DNA from: Adineta vaga
Lineage: Eukaryota > Animalia > Rotifera
Length of the DNA: 64,000 bases
Reading direction: 5' to 3'
Assembly: GCA_021613535.1 (NCBI GenBank)
Contig: CP075495.1
Location: forward strand, 15,252,001 to 15,316,000
Below, piece after piece: positions 60,524 through 64,000 of this stretch. The notes below the pieces were generated by a model that was given only the letters and a program-made list of their open reading frames with translations, did no database searches and was not told where the DNA came from. The number at the start of each line of letters is the position of its first letter. Within the stretch, counting starts at the first letter, position 1. The position numbers and the translations under genes are program-made.

Positions 60524-61282
60524 ATGCCTTCAAAAATAAAGAATGTACCTTTGGGTGAAGCAGCAATGGAGAGTGTTATTTCGTCTTCTGGAATTTATAC
60601 CTGTATCTTGATAACGATAATCTCAAATGATAATAAAATATTCATGTTTCACGCAGACCCATCCTATTTTGATACAACGAACACGAATCATATTGAGCAA
60701 GAAGTGCAAGTTATTATAAGAGAATCAATTCTAAAGTTCAATGATCTTACTGGAAATAAATCATCGTACAGACATATTTTCATCTTAGGTGGTTTGAATA
60801 ATACTGATTATGAATTATTGAACGATCAATTGATTAAAATGAGAAAAAATTGTGATACAATAATTCCATTAGTTGAACAATTAGCAATTGATGATTTACA
60901 GAAATTTTTAAAATCTATTGATTACTCTTGTCTTACAATGAACCTTTATGCGGTAGACATTGTTGAAAAACAAGGACTTGTACCGATTACTGATTTTACT
61001 GCAGTATGTGATACAACAGTATCGCCAGCCGTTTTCTTCTTTGCTATTTTTTATGATTTAGAGAAAAACCTAGGAGGTGATCGACGAAAAGTACAACCAC
61101 AGTATTTTTTCTCGTACGATTTCAATAACAAATATTGGAATATTATAAAAAATAATTCATGTACTTCTGAACCTGATTATTTCGTTGAATTAATGCATAA
61201 ATTTAATGATAATAATTCAGATTATGATACAGAAAATGTTAAACATTTAATGATGACTTATTTGTCAAAACTTGAATATTGA
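60524..61282 (+). CDS. Putative CheD/CNF1/YfiH/NTAN1-fold cysteine hydrolase (deamidase-like)
   Basis: VPLGE..ISSSGIYTCILITI..IFMFHADP..HIFILGG pattern; long open ORF; TATA-like ctataaata at about 60258. Confidence 0.55.
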   Translation: MPSKIKNVPLGEAAMESVISSSGIYTCILITIISNDNKIFMFHADPSYFDTTNTNHIEQEVQVIIRESILKFNDLTGNKSSYRHIFILGGLNNTDYELLNDQLIKMRKNCDTIIPLVEQLAIDDLQKFLKSIDYSCLTMNLYAVDIVEKQGLVPITDFTAVCDTTVSPAVFFFAIFYDLEKNLGGDRRKVQPQYFFSYDFNNKYWNIIKNNSCTSEPDYFVELMHKFNDNNSDYDTENVKHLMMTYLSKLEY

Positions 61283-61589
61283 TTATTATTTCAAGCGTTA
61301 TTTGTTTCTTATTCAAAAAAGTGACTTTTGATTTTTTCATATTCTACTTTTTATGTCATCTTTTTTCTTCTTTTAACTTCTATTTCTTTCAACAATAAAG
61401 TTATATTCATATCTATTCAAACCTCACATAAGTTACTTGAAATGAATTAAATTAATTTAAACAAATTATCGAAAGCAGAAACATGTCTTAGTTCATTTAT
61501 ATTGAGTTTATTCGTTAATCATCCTTGTGTGTACTTATTTGAGAATCTTTTAGTAATACTATCGTATATGTTTTTTATATTCAGCTGTA

Positions 61590-62276
61590 TTTTCATCAAT
61601 AAACAATAATATGATAGTACAGAACAAATGTCTTCATGTGGAAACCTAAAACAAACAAATTTTTTCTGGATGTACACAATAAGCAACATGTGTTAGAATC
61701 GCTCTGATCTTTGAATAAAATGATCATTTTCATAAATATCTACAGAAATTATTTATCGACAAATAATGATTGATTATGAAGAATATCTTCTGCAAATTGT
61801 TTCAAATTGATTTTTTGTTCTTTTGTTGTTAAATTATTTTTTTGAAATATTCGATCAATAACATGAATAATATGGGATTTTGATGATGATGGAATATCAA
61901 ATAAATGAAACATATTTCGTAGAAAATCTTTTACTTTATCACGATTCAAATCTTTTTCTTTGTCGTTTTCATAGAAACGAAATACTAATTTGATTTTTTC
62001 ATTACTTGAATTGAACCATTATTACTTAGAATATTTAATAAAACAAATTCATTAAAATCAATTTTTTCATCTTGATTTAAATCAAATAGATCAAATAATT
62101 GTTCAATAAATGGTATAGTAAATGTGTATAATATTCATCGCGTAAATGTTGATAATAAAGAATAAATTGTCTTTTCGATGTAAATAACCATGTGGATAAC
62201 AATGAATAAAATTCGAATACCATTCTTGTAGATCATCACTATTTGAATAAAAAGATACGGTTCTAAAAAAGGTCAT
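61590..62276 (-). pseudogene. Neuronal calcium sensor/recoverin-like EF-hand gene with frameshifts
   Basis: LQEWYSNFIHCYPHGYL, LFDLFDLNQDEKIDFNEF and EKIKLVFRFYE occur in successive different frames. Confidence 0.65.
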
Positions 62277-62811
62277 TTTTTTCTTTTTGTAGAAAAATAA
62301 CGAATAAATATTTAACAGATTTGGTGCAATGATTAGTGATAAAAATAATAAATTAGATTATTCTCACAGATATCCTGAGAAAAATATTAGTGCGGTACAA
62401 AAATAAAATAAATATTCCTCGCGGGACAATTCAATATAAGTTTTATCCCGTCCCGTCGGTCTCTGGTACATTATACATGTTTCTCGAAAATGATTCATTA
62501 ACATAAATATTTCTTATATGATCGACGGAATGGTTTCAAACACATGATGAATAACAACATTTCATTTGAGACAAAGCTTCATGTGATCTCATAGAAAGAG
62601 ACATTTGATAGTTTTTTATGAATAATAATGAGAAAATAAATGAAAATTGATGTTGTCTCTATATGTTTTCACTGAATATTCCTGAAAGAATACAAGCACA
62701 AACTCAACTTTCAAGAAAACAGTATGTTTCGATCGATTACTATAAGTATAGTCTTTGTTTTTCAGTTTTTGTTAGTTTTAGTACGAAGATTATTTCTGTT
62801 GATAAGTAGAA

Positions 62812-64000
62812 ATGAAATCAACAATAGTACCGATCAATACACAAAATAATAAATGCGAGTCATTGTCAGTAAACTCATTTGTCTCATCAGAACAAATCCA
62901 TTCTACTAGTAACGATCAGGTATAATGAGATACGCTAAAAAGTGAATCATCAATTATCTGAATATTTATTATAGAAATGGACTTCATCATTGATATGGGC
63001 TGTAATTATTGTAACGTTTTCAACAAGTTTCGTGATGGGAGTCAACACAGGTGGTCCCAATCTCTACAATGGAGTAAGATAGTTTTAGTTTAATATTCAT
63101 GGTTTTAATCTTAATTTTTAGTTTATTACTCCATGGTTACGAGGATATCCATTTCCTTGTCAAAAAGAAGATAGTACATCTCAATGGATAGCACGTGTTT
63201 GGTTAGGATGTGATTATATCAATACAGCATCGAAAAATCAAAATGGTTATTATTATTTACCTTCTATTCCAGAAAAACGACGTGTTGCACAAAATTTTAT
63301 TGATTCACTTCATGGAATTATTTTTGTTATTGGAGCAGCAATTGGAAGTTTTACTGGACAATATTGGTATCTATTTTTAACAAGGTTTGTATAAATAAAA
63401 TGTCGTTCCTTTTTTCGCTTACAAAAGATTTTGTGAATAGACGAAATGCACTTATTATGGCAATGTTATTTCAAATCGTCGCATCAATTTTAATGATCTC
63501 TACACTTTTGATTTATCATGCAAATAATCTAAATGATCCAAATCTTCTTGATATTCAATTAGCATTACAAAATAAAGATTTAGCGATTAGTTTGTTCTAC
63601 CTATCACGTTTTCTTTCTGGTTGGTCAGCTGGTAAGTATATCATTATTTCGTATGATTATAATGATTATAATAGTTACAATTGTTATTCCTATAGGTCTA
63701 AGTTGTGTTGTAACACCTATCTATCTAACTGATATAAGTCCTCGTAAGATGCGTGGTACACTTGTTACTTATCATCAATTATTGATTGTTATCGGTGTTC
63801 TTATTGGTCAAATTGTCAGTCTTCCTTGGTTACTTGGTCAACATGAGTAAAAGTTTATGATCATTTTATTTAGATAATTCTTTGTCTTTTCTAGTAAATG
63901 GCATTTGGGTATGGCATGGATTGGAATATTTCCTCTAGTTGGTTGTTTTTTAATGTGGACTTTAGATGAAAGTCCACGATGGTTAATACAAGATCGTCAA
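62812..64000 (+). CDS. MFS sugar porter (GLUT/SLC2-like), copy 2, runs off the window
   Basis: Near-identical to 53497-54516 from exon 2 onward; exon 1 is diverged. Confidence 0.88.

Noticed and set aside
62400-62470. cccgtcccgtcggtctctg, a possible hAT/MITE end
   Set aside because: No matching second TIR or TSD found.
1-64000. Prokaryotic operon, defence system, rRNA or tRNA
   Set aside because: Spliceosomal introns and animal gene families occur throughout. No structured RNA gene was recognised by eye; tRNAscan-SE and Infernal were not run.

Overview
AT-rich eukaryotic genomic DNA with many short (about 50-60 nt) GT-AG introns. The gene content (NHL-repeat protein, F-box/LRR-like genes, TLDc, intronless GPCR, several foreign-looking enzymes) is most consistent with a bdelloid rotifer; this is an inference. 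Intact-looking genes: a ZAP/PARP12-like zinc-finger + macro + WWE + degenerate-PARP gene, an ENTPD5/6-like NTPDase, a FrnE-type DsbA, cytosolic TrpRS, Ly6/three-finger proteins, an NHL membrane protein, Cys-rich repeat proteins, TLDc, an ATRX/ARIP4-like SNF2 helicase, a PhyH-like dioxygenase, two glyoxalase(VOC)-UBA-like paralogs, a GPCR, two GLUT-like transporters and a CheD/NTAN1-like Cys-His hydrolase. There are also many decayed duplicate fragments. The main structure is a ~4.9 kb direct duplication (25190-30107 vs 37830-42600) bracketing a composite mobile block: a one-ended hAT remnant, a nested non-autonomous Helitron, and a 5'-truncated non-LTR retrotransposon with intact ORF2. The LINE 5' end is fused in sense orientation into a Ly6 gene exactly after its cysteine core. 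This removes the GPI signal and puts the intact RT ORF downstream of a host promoter. No rRNA, tRNA or CRISPR array was recognised. All homology calls come from motifs recognised by eye, not database searches, and exon boundaries are approximate unless stated.
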